DNA from: Lapillicoccus sp.
GTDB taxonomy: Bacteria; Actinomycetota; Actinomycetes; Actinomycetales; Dermatophilaceae
Length of the DNA: 64,000 bases
Direction of reading: 5' to 3'
NCBI RefSeq assembly: GCF_025353065.1
Contig: NZ_JANXRJ010000031.1
Location: 18,938-82,937 of the forward strand
Position 1 is the first letter of the stretch, and each line of letters begins with the position of its first letter. The notes beneath the pieces were generated by a model. The model saw only the letters and a list, made by a program, of their open reading frames with translations. It did no database searches and had not been told where the DNA came from. Below are positions 1 through 8,994 of the stretch, piece after piece. A program made the translations under genes and the position numbers.

Positions 1-95
1 GTTCGTTGCGGCGGGCAGCCGCCCGGCGCTTGCGAGCCTGGCGCCGAAGGCTTCCACCGATACCCTGACGACGATTTCGATCCCTCGAGGACCCC

Positions 96-890
96 GTGGC
101 CAAGAACACCCCCGACCGCCCGACCGAGCCCCCCTCCGGCCGTCCCCGTGCCGGCCGAGCCGGTACGTCGGACCGGCGGACCAAGCTCGCCGACCTCCAG
201 AAGGCGCAGAAGGCGCGCGAGCGGCGCACGGTCGTCCTCATCGTCTCGGCCTGTGCCGCACTGGTCCTCGTCCTCGGGGGGGTCATCACCTACGGCGTGA
301 TCGACGGGCGGAGCAAGACGCCGGCCAACTCGATCCTCAGCCTCGGCGTCACGTCGGCTGCGGCGTCGTGCGACGCCGTCACCACCGACAAGGCCACCGG
401 GAACAGCGACCACGTCGGACCTGGTACGAGCACCCCGCAGACGACGAAGGTCACCTACGCGACCGTCCCGCCGAGCAGCGGATCGCACTTCGTCCAGCCC
501 GACATCTCGGGCCGCGGCTACTACACGGCCACTGACACCCCCGCCGTCGAGACACTCGTCCACAACCTCGAGCACGGCTACACCGTGCTCTGGTATGCCC
601 CCGCCATGGCCAGCAACGCCGCCCAGCTCCAGCAGATGGCCGAGCTCGGAGCCAAGCTCGACCCCTCGTCCGGCAAGTTCATCGTCGCACCGTGGGACGA
701 GTCACGGGGCGCCTTCCCCGCCGGCAAGAGCTATGCCCTCGTCCACTGGTCCGCGACGGTCGCCGCATCCGGCGCGGTCGGCACCCAGGCCGGCCACCGC
801 CAGCTGTGCGGCGGACTGTCCGGCGAGGTCGTCTCCTCGTTCGTCACGAGCTACCCGAAGACCGACGCGCCTGAGCCCTACGGCGCCTGA
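96..890 (+). CDS. DUF3105 domain-containing membrane-anchored protein
   Basis: GTG start; N-terminal basic region plus one TM helix (VVLIVSACAALVLVLGGVI); LVHNLEHGYTVLWY motif typical of DUF3105. Confidence 0.75.
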   Translation: MAKNTPDRPTEPPSGRPRAGRAGTSDRRTKLADLQKAQKARERRTVVLIVSACAALVLVLGGVITYGVIDGRSKTPANSILSLGVTSAAASCDAVTTDKATGNSDHVGPGTSTPQTTKVTYATVPPSSGSHFVQPDISGRGYYTATDTPAVETLVHNLEHGYTVLWYAPAMASNAAQLQQMAELGAKLDPSSGKFIVAPWDESRGAFPAGKSYALVHWSATVAASGAVGTQAGHRQLCGGLSGEVVSSFVTSYPKTDAPEPYGA

Positions 891-893
891 GCC

Positions 894-1907
894 CTACGGC
901 GCGTGAGCCGCCCCGGGGCCGGTGCCCGTACCGGTCCCGGCGCTCGTCCCGTTGGCGGGGTCACCGGCCGCACCGGAGCCGGCGCTGGTGAGGAGCTGGT
1001 GCCGACGCGCATACGTCCACCCGGCGAATGCGGCGAGGACGTCGACGACGGTCACGACGAACCGCGAGAGGATCGCGACGGCAGCGGCGCCCGGGGTGGA
1101 CAGCGCCGAGCCGAGGACGAGGGTGAGCAGCCCCTCCCGGGCGCCGAGGCCGGCGGGCAGGATCACGGTGAGCGTGCCGAGCGACCCGGAGAGGGCATAC
1201 CCCGTGAGGGCGGCGGTCGTCAGGCCGGCGCCGGCGCCGGTCCCCCCCACGGCCCGGGCGAGCACGAGGAGATGGCCGCCGAAGCACAGCCACGCGAGGA
1301 TGTAGAGGCCGACGGTGAGCAGCACTGCGCGAGTGGAGAGCTCACGCTCGAGAGGCTCACGCCGCAGCACCCGCAGACCGAGAGCGACGACCCGGTTGAG
1401 GGTCGCCGGCCAGCACAGCACCAGCAGCACGACGAGACTCACGAGGAGGGCCGCCGAGAGCGGGGCTCCCCCGGTCCGGATGAGGTGCGGGACGGCCGGC
1501 AGGCCGACGAGCAGACCGGTGACGATCGAGAGGCCGATGGCCACCAGTCCGACGACACCGGTGCGTCGCCGGGGCACGCCGAGACGGCTGGCCATGTCGG
1601 CCTGCGCGACGACGCTCCAGACCGACCCCGGAAGGTACTTCCCCAGCTGCCCGACGAAGAAGACGCCCGCCGCCGGGGCGAGGTGCAGCGGTGAGCCGAG
1701 ATCCGTCAGCAGCACCCGCCAGCCGAGCATCGTGAGCAACGTGCCGACGGCCGCGAACAGCGTTGACAACGCGAGGGATCCGATATCGACCCGGGTGAGG
1801 TCGACCGAGATCTGCGACCAGGAACGGGCGACCCCCAGGACGACGACGGCGAGGACGAGCAGCGCGACGGCGACCCGGAGCAGGGAGAGGGCGCGGTCGC
1901 GGGTCAC
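894..1907 (-). CDS. lysylphosphatidylglycerol-synthase-like (UPF0104/flippase-like) integral membrane protein
   Basis: Only the C-terminal 337 codons of ORF 894..2591 look like protein (multi-TM, GQLGKYLPGSVWSVV motif). GTG at 1907 overlaps the stop of the upstream gene (GTGA, 1904-1907). Confidence 0.7.
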   Translation of the reverse strand: MTRDRALSLLRVAVALLVLAVVVLGVARSWSQISVDLTRVDIGSLALSTLFAAVGTLLTMLGWRVLLTDLGSPLHLAPAAGVFFVGQLGKYLPGSVWSVVAQADMASRLGVPRRRTGVVGLVAIGLSIVTGLLVGLPAVPHLIRTGGAPLSAALLVSLVVLLVLCWPATLNRVVALGLRVLRREPLERELSTRAVLLTVGLYILAWLCFGGHLLVLARAVGGTGAGAGLTTAALTGYALSGSLGTLTVILPAGLGAREGLLTLVLGSALSTPGAAAVAILSRFVVTVVDVLAAFAGWTYARRHQLLTSAGSGAAGDPANGTSAGTGTGTGPGAAHAP

Positions 1908-4069
1908 TGTCGCCTGAAGGTCAGGCGCACCAACCCATATGCCGTGTCCGCCGACGTCGCCGTCATCGCGGCTCCGGTCATCAGCGCAGACAGCTCGCCG
2001 TCGAGGTCGCCGACGAGGGTGAAACCGAACCCGTGCGCCCGCGCCACCACCCCCCTCACGTCGGCCGGCGCGATGGCACCGGGGGCGCCGGGCGGGCCGA
2101 GCGGGATGGTCACGACCAGGATGCCGCCGGGGCGCAGCAGCCAGGACGACGACGCAACGATCTCGTCGACGTCGTCGGCATCGCAGCCGCCGGGGTGCAC
2201 GCGCGCGATGACGTCCAGGGTCTCCATCTCGAGGTCGACCGCCGCGAGGTCGGCGCGGGGACCACCGAGGCCTAGCGACACCGGGGCGAAGCCGACGGCG
2301 CGAGCCCAGCGCGTGAGGGTCGACCGGGGTCCCGACTCGTCGACGACCACGGCGCTGCGGCGCCCGTCGTCGACGATGCGGATGACCGCGGCGAGCGCGC
2401 CGAGCGCCGACCAGGCCTCCGCCCCGTCGCGGACCCTCGGCAGCCCGAGCTCGCGCGCCACGACCTTCGCCTCGTCGCCGTCGGCAGCGTCGACGAGGAC
2501 GTCGGTCGGCACCACCCAGTCCGGCAGGTCGCTGCGCTGCATCGGCACGGTGGCGCGCGGGGTCCGATCCGCCCGCACCCGCTCGCGCCACCCCGCGACG
2601 ACCGCCCTCGTGCGGACGGTCATGCGGACGGCCAGGCGGACGGTCAGGGGTCCCACCGGGTCGGGACCCACGCCTCCGGGGGCGTCGCAGTACCCGGAGG
2701 TCGGCGCCCCGGCGGTAGGCAACCCCGAGGGAGAGAACCCGGAATCAATGAACCCGGAGGCAGAGAACCCGGGGGCAGAGAACCCGGAGTGAGTCGACCC
2801 GGAGGTGTAGGGCGACGCCAACGACTCGAGCACCCCCACGTAGTGCGCCCATTCGGCGGACAGGGCGCCGTCCTGGTCGTCGTCGTCCCTGCCGGTCCGT
2901 GGTGCCACCGTCTGCGCCCCGACCGCAGCTGGCCCGACCGCAGCTGGCCCGACTGCAGTGCCCGTCTCCCCGAACGTTGCCCGCCACACCGTCGCCCGCC
3001 CGTTCGGGGCGCGGCCCACGGGGACGCGACCGGTCCGTGCTCGCTCGAGATCAAGACACTGAGAGGGGGGTTGACGCATCCCGCGGCTGACGAGTCCTGC
3101 ACTGAGGAAACGGGATCCGAGAGCCAACCCGTGGCGTACCTCCCGCGCCACGGCGCCGATCGCGACCCGCGTCCGACCGCCCTGAACCTCCCGGCCGTCC
3201 CCGACCTCCCGGCCGTCCTGAATCTCGCGGCCGTCCTGAACCTCCCGGCCGTCCCCAACCTCCCGACCGGCCGGACCACCCCGACCGCCGGCGGGAGCGC
3301 CACCCGGTCGCCCCGTCGCCAGGACGTCGCGGGCACTGGGGGTCGCAGCGGTCAGGGTGCTGATCGCCCACGCCCCAGCGGAATTCCCCAGCATGACACC
3401 GGACGGGTCCCCCCTCGACTGCTCGGGGCGGGACGCCGGACGCGCGGTGACGCTGACCCGTTCGGCACCGAGACCGGTGGCCACCACGGCCGCCTCGTCG
3501 TCGTGCACGAGGACGGCGTCCACCCGCCGGACCAAGGCCGCCGTGAGTCGGTTCCCCACGTGCCACCCCCTGCGAGCCGTCCAACCGGACCGACCGGGAC
3601 GAGCCAACGGTTCTGCGGCCACGAGGACCATCCGGGGCCGGCCACCGTCCCGGGAGCCAGACGCGCCTGCGCCGTGAAGCAGTGCGAGCAGCGCCGGGAC
3701 GCTGCTGAGGCCGGAGTGGACGAGGACGATCACGTCGACCCCCCGCAACCTGCGGCCGGTGCGGGCCCAGGTGTCGAGGCGTGACCAGCCGAGGAGCGGG
3801 ACCGCTCGGGGAGCCGGAGCCCTGACCCAGGAGGGCTCGGCCTGCGCGGCCAGGCCGTCGGGGGCGACCCCGACCACCGGCGCCCCGGTCAGCAGCGTCA
3901 CGTCGTGACCCGCCTCGCGCAGCATGAGGTCGAGGTCGACGGTGAGCGACGAGATGGCTAGCGACGAGGCGGTGAGCGACGGGACGGTGAGTGACGGGGT
4001 CGCGGCCGGCCCGACGACGACGGCTCGCAGGAAAGCGGACTGGGGATCTGCACCACCGATGTCGCGCAT
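1904..4069 (-). CDS. large repeat-rich hypothetical protein (N-terminal glycosyltransferase-like, C-terminal methyltransferase-like); may really be two genes (C-terminal part could start at ATG 2542)
   Basis: 721-aa ORF. Ends resemble GT (LREAGHDVTLLT) and class-I MTase-like fold (VVVDESGPRS..LLRPGGILVV). The central ~290 aa is low complexity and encoded by four separate in-frame tandem repeat arrays. Confidence 0.4.
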   Translation of the reverse strand: MRDIGGADPQSAFLRAVVVGPAATPSLTVPSLTASSLAISSLTVDLDLMLREAGHDVTLLTGAPVVGVAPDGLAAQAEPSWVRAPAPRAVPLLGWSRLDTWARTGRRLRGVDVIVLVHSGLSSVPALLALLHGAGASGSRDGGRPRMVLVAAEPLARPGRSGWTARRGWHVGNRLTAALVRRVDAVLVHDDEAAVVATGLGAERVSVTARPASRPEQSRGDPSGVMLGNSAGAWAISTLTAATPSARDVLATGRPGGAPAGGRGGPAGREVGDGREVQDGREIQDGREVGDGREVQGGRTRVAIGAVAREVRHGLALGSRFLSAGLVSRGMRQPPSQCLDLERARTGRVPVGRAPNGRATVWRATFGETGTAVGPAAVGPAAVGAQTVAPRTGRDDDDQDGALSAEWAHYVGVLESLASPYTSGSTHSGFSAPGFSASGFIDSGFSPSGLPTAGAPTSGYCDAPGGVGPDPVGPLTVRLAVRMTVRTRAVVAGWRERVRADRTPRATVPMQRSDLPDWVVPTDVLVDAADGDEAKVVARELGLPRVRDGAEAWSALGALAAVIRIVDDGRRSAVVVDESGPRSTLTRWARAVGFAPVSLGLGGPRADLAAVDLEMETLDVIARVHPGGCDADDVDEIVASSSWLLRPGGILVVTIPLGPPGAPGAIAPADVRGVVARAHGFGFTLVGDLDGELSALMTGAAMTATSADTAYGLVRLTFRRQ
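2721..2810. repeat. 15-bp tandem repeat x6 (aacccggaggcagag-like) inside ORF 1904..4069
   Basis: Read directly; encodes SGF-type pentapeptide repeats on the minus strand. Confidence 0.9.
2918..2960. repeat. 15-bp tandem repeat x~2.8 (cccgaccgcagctgg)
   Basis: Read directly; encodes AVGPA repeats on the minus strand. Confidence 0.9.
3174..3263. repeat. 18-bp tandem repeat x5 (cggccgtccNNaNctcc)
   Basis: Read directly; encodes GREV(G/Q)D hexapeptide repeats on the minus strand. Confidence 0.9.
3941..4000. repeat. 15-bp tandem repeat x4 (ggtgagcgacgNgNN)
   Basis: Read directly; encodes PSLTV-type pentapeptide repeats on the minus strand. Confidence 0.9.
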
Positions 4070-4105
4070 GCTCCGGAGCCTAACCCCCGCACGCGTGGCA
4101 GCACG

Positions 4106-4984
4106 GTGACCCGCCGGACCGGGTCCCAGCGACTGGGCCGGGAGATCGGATGGGTACCGTCAGGCGTGCCCACCGAGCGATCCGTCCTGCCCGCCGACGT
4201 GCTGGCCACCGCGTTGCGTGCGGACGCGACACGCCCTCGCCTCACCTTCTACGACGACGCGGTGGGGCCGACCCGGGGTGAGCGGATCGAGCTCTCGGCC
4301 AAGGTGCTCACCAACTGGGTCGCCAAGGCGGCCAACGCCCTGCAGGAGGATCTCGACGTGACGTCGGGCAGCCGCGTGCTGCTCGACCTGCCGCTGCACT
4401 GGCGGGCGGTCTATTGGGCCTTGGCGGTGTGGTCGGTGGGCGCGACCCTCGTGCTGCCGGGAGCCGGCGACCGTGCCCCCAGCAACCGCGCCCCCAGCAA
4501 CCGCGGCCCCAGCACCGGCACTGTGGCTGATCTTGGCGGGGACATCGCCTTGGTCGTCAGCGACGACGTCACCGTCGTCGCGGGGGCGCACAGCTCAGGC
4601 ACGGGAGCGGTCCTCGTCAGTCTCCCGATGCTCGCCCGCGGGCACCTCGACACCCCCGGCGGCGTGTTCGACGAGGCACGTGAACTCGCTACGTACGGTG
4701 ACGTCTTCGACGCCTGGGAGTCCCCGTCTCCCGCCGCCGTCGCGCTCGTGGGGGCGGCGGGAGTGGCAGCCGGCCCGGCGGCATACGGCGCGCTGGTCGT
4801 GCCCCGACCCGAGTGGGGGGACCGCCCCCGGGTCGAGCTGGCGGGGACCCTCGACCGGGTGCTCGTCGACGCCCTCTCCGCCTGGTATGCCGACGGTTCG
4901 GTCGTCCTGGTCCGTGACCCGGACGGCGAGCAGCAGGCCCGTCGCACCTCCGAGGGTGTGACCGTCAGGCTGAGTGGGGGCTGA
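4106..4984 (+). CDS. TIGR03089-like actinobacterial conserved protein (acyl-CoA-synthetase N-terminal-like)
   Basis: RPRLTFYDD..GERIELSAKVLTNWVAKAANALQ pattern; found next to LCP genes in Actinobacteria (cf. Rv3268 by memory). Start uncertain. Confidence 0.6.
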   Translation: MTRRTGSQRLGREIGWVPSGVPTERSVLPADVLATALRADATRPRLTFYDDAVGPTRGERIELSAKVLTNWVAKAANALQEDLDVTSGSRVLLDLPLHWRAVYWALAVWSVGATLVLPGAGDRAPSNRAPSNRGPSTGTVADLGGDIALVVSDDVTVVAGAHSSGTGAVLVSLPMLARGHLDTPGGVFDEARELATYGDVFDAWESPSPAAVALVGAAGVAAGPAAYGALVVPRPEWGDRPRVELAGTLDRVLVDALSAWYADGSVVLVRDPDGEQQARRTSEGVTVRLSGG

Positions 4985-4986
4985 GT

Positions 4987-5631
4987 TCAGGCGGGGCCGA
5001 GGTCGACGGCGAAGACCGGTCCGGTCTTCTCGCGCACCTCGTGCACCGTGACCCCGTCGGCGAGCTCGCGCAGCACGAGGCCGCCGGGGGTGACGTCGAG
5101 GACGGCGAGGTCGGTGATGATCCGCTGGACGACGCGCCTGCCGGTGTAGGGCAGGGTGCACTCGTCGAGGATCTTATGGCTGCCGTCCCGGGCGACGTGC
5201 TCCATCAGGACGATGACCTTCCTCGCGCCGTGCACGAGGTCCATCGCGCCGCCCATGCCCTTGACCATCTTCCCAGGAATCATCCAGTTGGCGATGTCGC
5301 CCCCGGCGGACACCTGCATGGCCCCGAGGATCGCCGCATCGACCTTGCCACTGCGGATCATGCCGAAGGACATCGCCGAGTCGAAGATCGACGCTCCGGG
5401 CCGGAGCGTCACGGTCTCCTTACCGGCATTGACGAGGTCCGGATCTTCTTCTCCTGCATAGGGATAGGGCCCGACGCCGAGGATGCCGTTCTCGGACTGC
5501 AGGACGAGCTCGACGTCGTCGGGTACGTAGTTCGGGACGAGCGTCGGCAGCCCGATACCGAGGTTGACGTAGTCGCCGTCGGCCAGCTCGGCGGCGGCGC
5601 GGGCCGCCATCTGCTCGCGGGTGAGGGCCAT
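4987..5631 (-). CDS. scoB: 3-oxoacid CoA-transferase subunit B
   Basis: Full-length match to ScoB-type sequence ([20 protein letters not shown]). Confidence 0.9.
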   Translation of the reverse strand: MALTREQMAARAAAELADGDYVNLGIGLPTLVPNYVPDDVELVLQSENGILGVGPYPYAGEEDPDLVNAGKETVTLRPGASIFDSAMSFGMIRSGKVDAAILGAMQVSAGGDIANWMIPGKMVKGMGGAMDLVHGARKVIVLMEHVARDGSHKILDECTLPYTGRRVVQRIITDLAVLDVTPGGLVLRELADGVTVHEVREKTGPVFAVDLGPA

Positions 5632-5634
5632 GAC

Positions 5635-6468
5635 TCAGACCTCCGTGGTCGGGCTCGAGGGGGCGGTGGTCGGTGGGGCGGTGGTCGGTGGGGCGGCGCG
5701 CGCAGGCCGGACCGTCCGCCGCTCGATGCGCTTGTCGGCCGCCTGCTCGGGCGTGAGCGGCAGGACCCGCTGCACGTAGATGCCGGGGAGGTGGATCTCG
5801 TCCGGATCGAGCTCACCCGGCTCGACGAGCTCCTCGACCTCGGCGATGGTGAGCTGCCCGGACATGGCCGCCACGGGATTGAAGTTGCGGGCCGACCTCT
5901 CGAAGACGAGGTTGCCGAGGCGGTCGCCCTTGCGGGCCCGCACGAGCCCGAAGTCGGCGACGATCGCGTGCTCGAGGACCACGGTGCGCGTCGACCCCAT
6001 CCACTCGACCTCCCGCGTCTCCTTCGGCGGCGACGCGAGAGCGACGGTGCCGTCGGCGGCATACCGCCAGGGCAGACCGCCCTCGGCGATCTGCGTACCC
6101 GCGCCGGTCGGCGTGAAGAACGCCGGGATCCCGGAGCCACCGGCGCGCAGTCGCTCCGCGAGGGTGCCCTGGGGGGTGAGCTCGACCTCGAGCTCGCCGG
6201 TGAGGTACTGACGCTCGAACTCCTTGTTCTCCCCGACGTAGGAGGAGACCATCCGCCGGATCCGCTTGGCCCGAAGCAGCAGGCCGAGACCCCAGTCGTC
6301 GACCCCGCAGTTGTTCGAGATCGCCTCGAGGTCGGTGATACCGGCGTCGAGCACGGCCCGGATGAGCACGCTCGGGATCCCGCAGAGGCCGAACCCGCCC
6401 ACCGCGATCGAGGCCCCGTCGGTGATGCCCGCGATGGCCGCTGCCGGGTCTGCGACGACTTTGTCCAT
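5635..6468 (-). CDS. scoA: 3-oxoacid CoA-transferase subunit A
   Basis: ATG at 6468 (MDKVVADPAAAIAGI..GGFGLCGIP..); only the 3' 834 nt of the 1068-aa ORF is real; Pro/Thr-rich repeat tail. Confidence 0.9.
   Translation of the reverse strand: MDKVVADPAAAIAGITDGASIAVGGFGLCGIPSVLIRAVLDAGITDLEAISNNCGVDDWGLGLLLRAKRIRRMVSSYVGENKEFERQYLTGELEVELTPQGTLAERLRAGGSGIPAFFTPTGAGTQIAEGGLPWRYAADGTVALASPPKETREVEWMGSTRTVVLEHAIVADFGLVRARKGDRLGNLVFERSARNFNPVAAMSGQLTIAEVEELVEPGELDPDEIHLPGIYVQRVLPLTPEQAADKRIERRTVRPARAAPPTTAPPTTAPSSPTTEV
5661..5690. repeat. 15-bp perfect tandem duplication (gggcggtggtcggtg x2) encoding PPTTA x2 at the scoA C-terminus
   Basis: Read directly. Confidence 0.9.
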
Positions 6469-6588
6469 GCCGCGGACTCTATCCACCCCGCATCCACAGC
6501 GCTTTTGCGCGTGCCGATGATGCGGCACCACAGGGTGGACGTGGCACCATGGCTCATTCATGCCGACCGAGGAAAGCAGCGTGAACCC

Positions 6589-8073
6589 GTGACGAGCCGT
6601 GATCCGGGGTCCGACAAGGCCCGCCCCATCCCGCAGGCGCGGGCCGGGCGGTCCGAGCACGTCGACCGCTGGAACGACGACGTCGGGGACGAGTCCTCGT
6701 TCGACGCCGACGGAGCCTCGTGGGACGACGACTTCGTGGTCGACACCCGGCGCCGCGGGAAGCGTTTCGCCGCTGCCGGCCGGTCCCGGGCGGCGCAGCC
6801 GACCCTGGCCCCCGCCCACCATGTGCCCGCCAGCGAGCCAGCCCGTCCGGCCGCGCGCCAGGCACCGTCGGGGCCGCTCTACGAGGAGGACGCGGACTAC
6901 GTCCCCGGGCAGGCCCGCGGCCGACGTACCGACCCTGGTCCCGACGCCCGACCGAACGCCCGACCGAACGCCAGCCCCGACGCCCGACCCGACGCCCGAC
7001 CCGGCGCTCGACCGAACGTCCGACCCGACGATGGGCGTGGGTATGCCGGTGAGCCTCCGACCCGTGGCCCCCGGCCTCCGCGCCGCCGCAGCCGGGCGCG
7101 TCGACGCGGGATCATCGCCGTCATCCTGCTCGTCGTCCTGGCCTGGATCGCGTTCATGGTGTGGGTGCCGCTCAACGCCTGGGGCAACGTCACCCGGGTC
7201 GACGACGCACCGGCAGGCGCTCGCCCGGCCGCCACGGCCGGGCACAACTACCTGCTCGTCGGCAGCGACGGGCGCGACGGTCTCACGCCCGAGCAGCAGA
7301 AGCAGCTGAACGCGAGCGGCGGTGACATCGGCAAGCGGACCGACTCGATCATCCTCGTCCACGTCTCCGAGCACGGCGGCAAACCGGCGCTCATCTCGAT
7401 CCCCCGCGACTCCTACGTGCCGATTCCCGGCTACCGGAGCAACAAGATCAACGCCTCCTTCGCCTTCGGCGGCGCCAAGCTGCTCGTCGCGACGGTCGAG
7501 CAGGCCACCGGGATCCGCATCGACGGCTACGTCGAGATCGGGTTCGGCGGCTTCGCCTCGGTCGTCGACAGCCTCGGCGGCGTCGACGTCTGCGTCCCCT
7601 TCGACATGAACGACGCCTACGCCGCGATCAACCTCAAGAAGGGTTGCCAGACCCTCGACGGCCCGACCGCGCTCGGCTACGTCCGCGCTCGCCACTCCGA
7701 CCCCCGCGGCGACATCGGCCGCGCCGAGCGTCAGCGGCAGTTCCTCGGCGCGATCCTGAAGAAGGCGGTCACGCCGTCGACGGTGCTGGTGCCGTCGAGC
7801 TACAAGGGTTTCGCCGACGCCGCCGCCAAGGGGCTCGAGGTGGGCCAGGACACCCAGATGACCGACGCCGTCCGCGTGCTCCAGACGCTCCGCGGGGTCG
7901 ACGGGGGCGACACCCTCTCCCTGGTCGTCCCCATCGCGAACGCCGCCTACCAGACCCCCAACGCCGGGGTCGCGGTGAAGTGGAACACCACCGAGGCGCT
8001 GGCCCTCTTCGCGATGATCAAGAACGACCAGCCGATGACCGTGGCGCCGGCGGGCACCGTCCCCGGGAGCTGA
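6589..8073 (+). CDS. LCP (LytR-CpsA-Psr) family cell-wall glycopolymer transferase
   Basis: Cytoplasmic repeat-rich N-terminus, one TM helix, then LCP core (NYLLVGSDGR..RTDSIILVHV..ISIPRDSYV..INASFAFGG..GYVRARH). GTG 6589 chosen after a GGAAAG purine tract. Confidence 0.8.
   Translation: MTSRDPGSDKARPIPQARAGRSEHVDRWNDDVGDESSFDADGASWDDDFVVDTRRRGKRFAAAGRSRAAQPTLAPAHHVPASEPARPAARQAPSGPLYEEDADYVPGQARGRRTDPGPDARPNARPNASPDARPDARPGARPNVRPDDGRGYAGEPPTRGPRPPRRRSRARRRGIIAVILLVVLAWIAFMVWVPLNAWGNVTRVDDAPAGARPAATAGHNYLLVGSDGRDGLTPEQQKQLNASGGDIGKRTDSIILVHVSEHGGKPALISIPRDSYVPIPGYRSNKINASFAFGGAKLLVATVEQATGIRIDGYVEIGFGGFASVVDSLGGVDVCVPFDMNDAYAAINLKKGCQTLDGPTALGYVRARHSDPRGDIGRAERQRQFLGAILKKAVTPSTVLVPSSYKGFADAAAKGLEVGQDTQMTDAVRVLQTLRGVDGGDTLSLVVPIANAAYQTPNAGVAVKWNTTEALALFAMIKNDQPMTVAPAGTVPGS
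6946..7029. repeat. 12-bp tandem repeat x7 (gcccgaccgaac-like) encoding ARPN/ARPD tetrapeptides in the LCP N-terminus
   Basis: Read directly. Confidence 0.85.
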
Positions 8074-8128
8074 CCCGACGGGACGCACGTCCTCCGGGGT
8101 GCGGGCTACCTCGTCCTTGATCTGCGCG

Positions 8129-8887
8129 TCACGTCTGCAGCGCCCGGCTGATCGCCCGCGCCGTCGTCTGGACGGCGTGGTCGAAGGGGCGCAGGTCGGG
8201 GCTGCCGCCGGGGATGACGATGGACACCGCGGCGACGACGTCACGGTGCTCGTCGCGCACGGGCGCGGCCACGCCCGCCCGGAAGTAGGGCAGGTGCTGC
8301 TCGCTGCTGATGAAGCCGTCGCGCCGCACGGACGCCAGCCGACGACGCAGTTGCGCAGGGGTGGTGATGGTGTCGTCGCCGCGCCCCGGGTCGAACACCC
8401 GGAGCGCTTCCTCCTGCACCGCCACGGGCGCGTAGGCGAGCAGCAGGACCCCGGCACCGGTCGCGTCCAACGGCGTTCGCGCCCCCACGGTGTGCAGGAC
8501 GGGCAGCGCCTCGTGCGCCGACAGCCTCTCGACCAGCACCGCCTCCTGACCTTCGCGGACCGTGAGCTGCACGTGCTGGCGGGTGACGAGGAGCAGGTCC
8601 TCCATGAAGGGGAGCGCGACGCGGCGCAACCCGTGTCCGCGTGGTGCCAGGGCGGCATACTCCAGGAGGCGGACGCCGATGCTGTAGGTGCCGTCCTCCG
8701 CTCGTTGGAGGGCACCCAGCCCCACGAGCTGGCGGGCGAGGCGCAGGGTGGTGTTGGCGGGCAGCGAAGCGCGTTGGGCGAGCACTCCGAGGGGAAGCGC
8801 GACGTCGTCGGGGCTGAAGGCACCCAGAACCGCGAAGGCACGCTCGAGGACCCCTGATCGGGGGGCCTGCTCGACGGGTTCTGTCAT
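8129..8887 (-). CDS. IclR family transcriptional regulator
   Basis: ATG 8887 (MTEPVEQAPRSGVLERAFAVLGAF..); IclR HTH plus effector domain; divergent from the monooxygenase operon. Confidence 0.85.
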   Translation of the reverse strand: MTEPVEQAPRSGVLERAFAVLGAFSPDDVALPLGVLAQRASLPANTTLRLARQLVGLGALQRAEDGTYSIGVRLLEYAALAPRGHGLRRVALPFMEDLLLVTRQHVQLTVREGQEAVLVERLSAHEALPVLHTVGARTPLDATGAGVLLLAYAPVAVQEEALRVFDPGRGDDTITTPAQLRRRLASVRRDGFISSEQHLPYFRAGVAAPVRDEHRDVVAAVSIVIPGGSPDLRPFDHAVQTTARAISRALQT

Positions 8888-8904
8888 CGTCTCTTCCACT
8901 GGGT

Positions 8905-8925
8905 AGAATCCGCATTCTCTTGAAT
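8905..8925. promoter_or_regulatory. candidate IclR operator: overlapping inverted repeats AGAATccgcATTCT and ATTCtcttGAAT in an AT-enriched patch
   Basis: Seen in the 107-bp divergent intergenic region between the IclR gene and the monooxygenase gene. Confidence 0.4.
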
Positions 8926-8994
8926 GGATCACCAGCCTAGCGTGAGGAACACAGCCGGACGGCTGCGAACCCTGACCACCAAGGCGGCCCCGAT

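Noticed and set aside
1-95. Possible 3' end of a gene at the left window edge
   Set aside because: The sequence is too short to recognise any protein or RNA feature.
2721-4000. Possible CRISPR array suggested by many short repeats
   Set aside because: The repeats are directly tandem (12-21 bp units) with no unique spacers. They are in-frame within an ORF, and there are no cas genes.
5041-6588. N-terminal 516 codons of the 1010-aa + strand ORF 5041..8073
   Set aside because: It is antisense to scoB and scoA and has low-complexity composition. Recognisable LCP sequence begins only after GTG 6589.
5635-8841. 1068-aa ORF on the minus strand
   Set aside because: Only the last 277 codons (5635..6468) match ScoA. 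The upstream part is Arg/Gly/Pro-rich, antisense to the well-supported LCP and IclR genes, and typical of spurious open frames in high-GC DNA.
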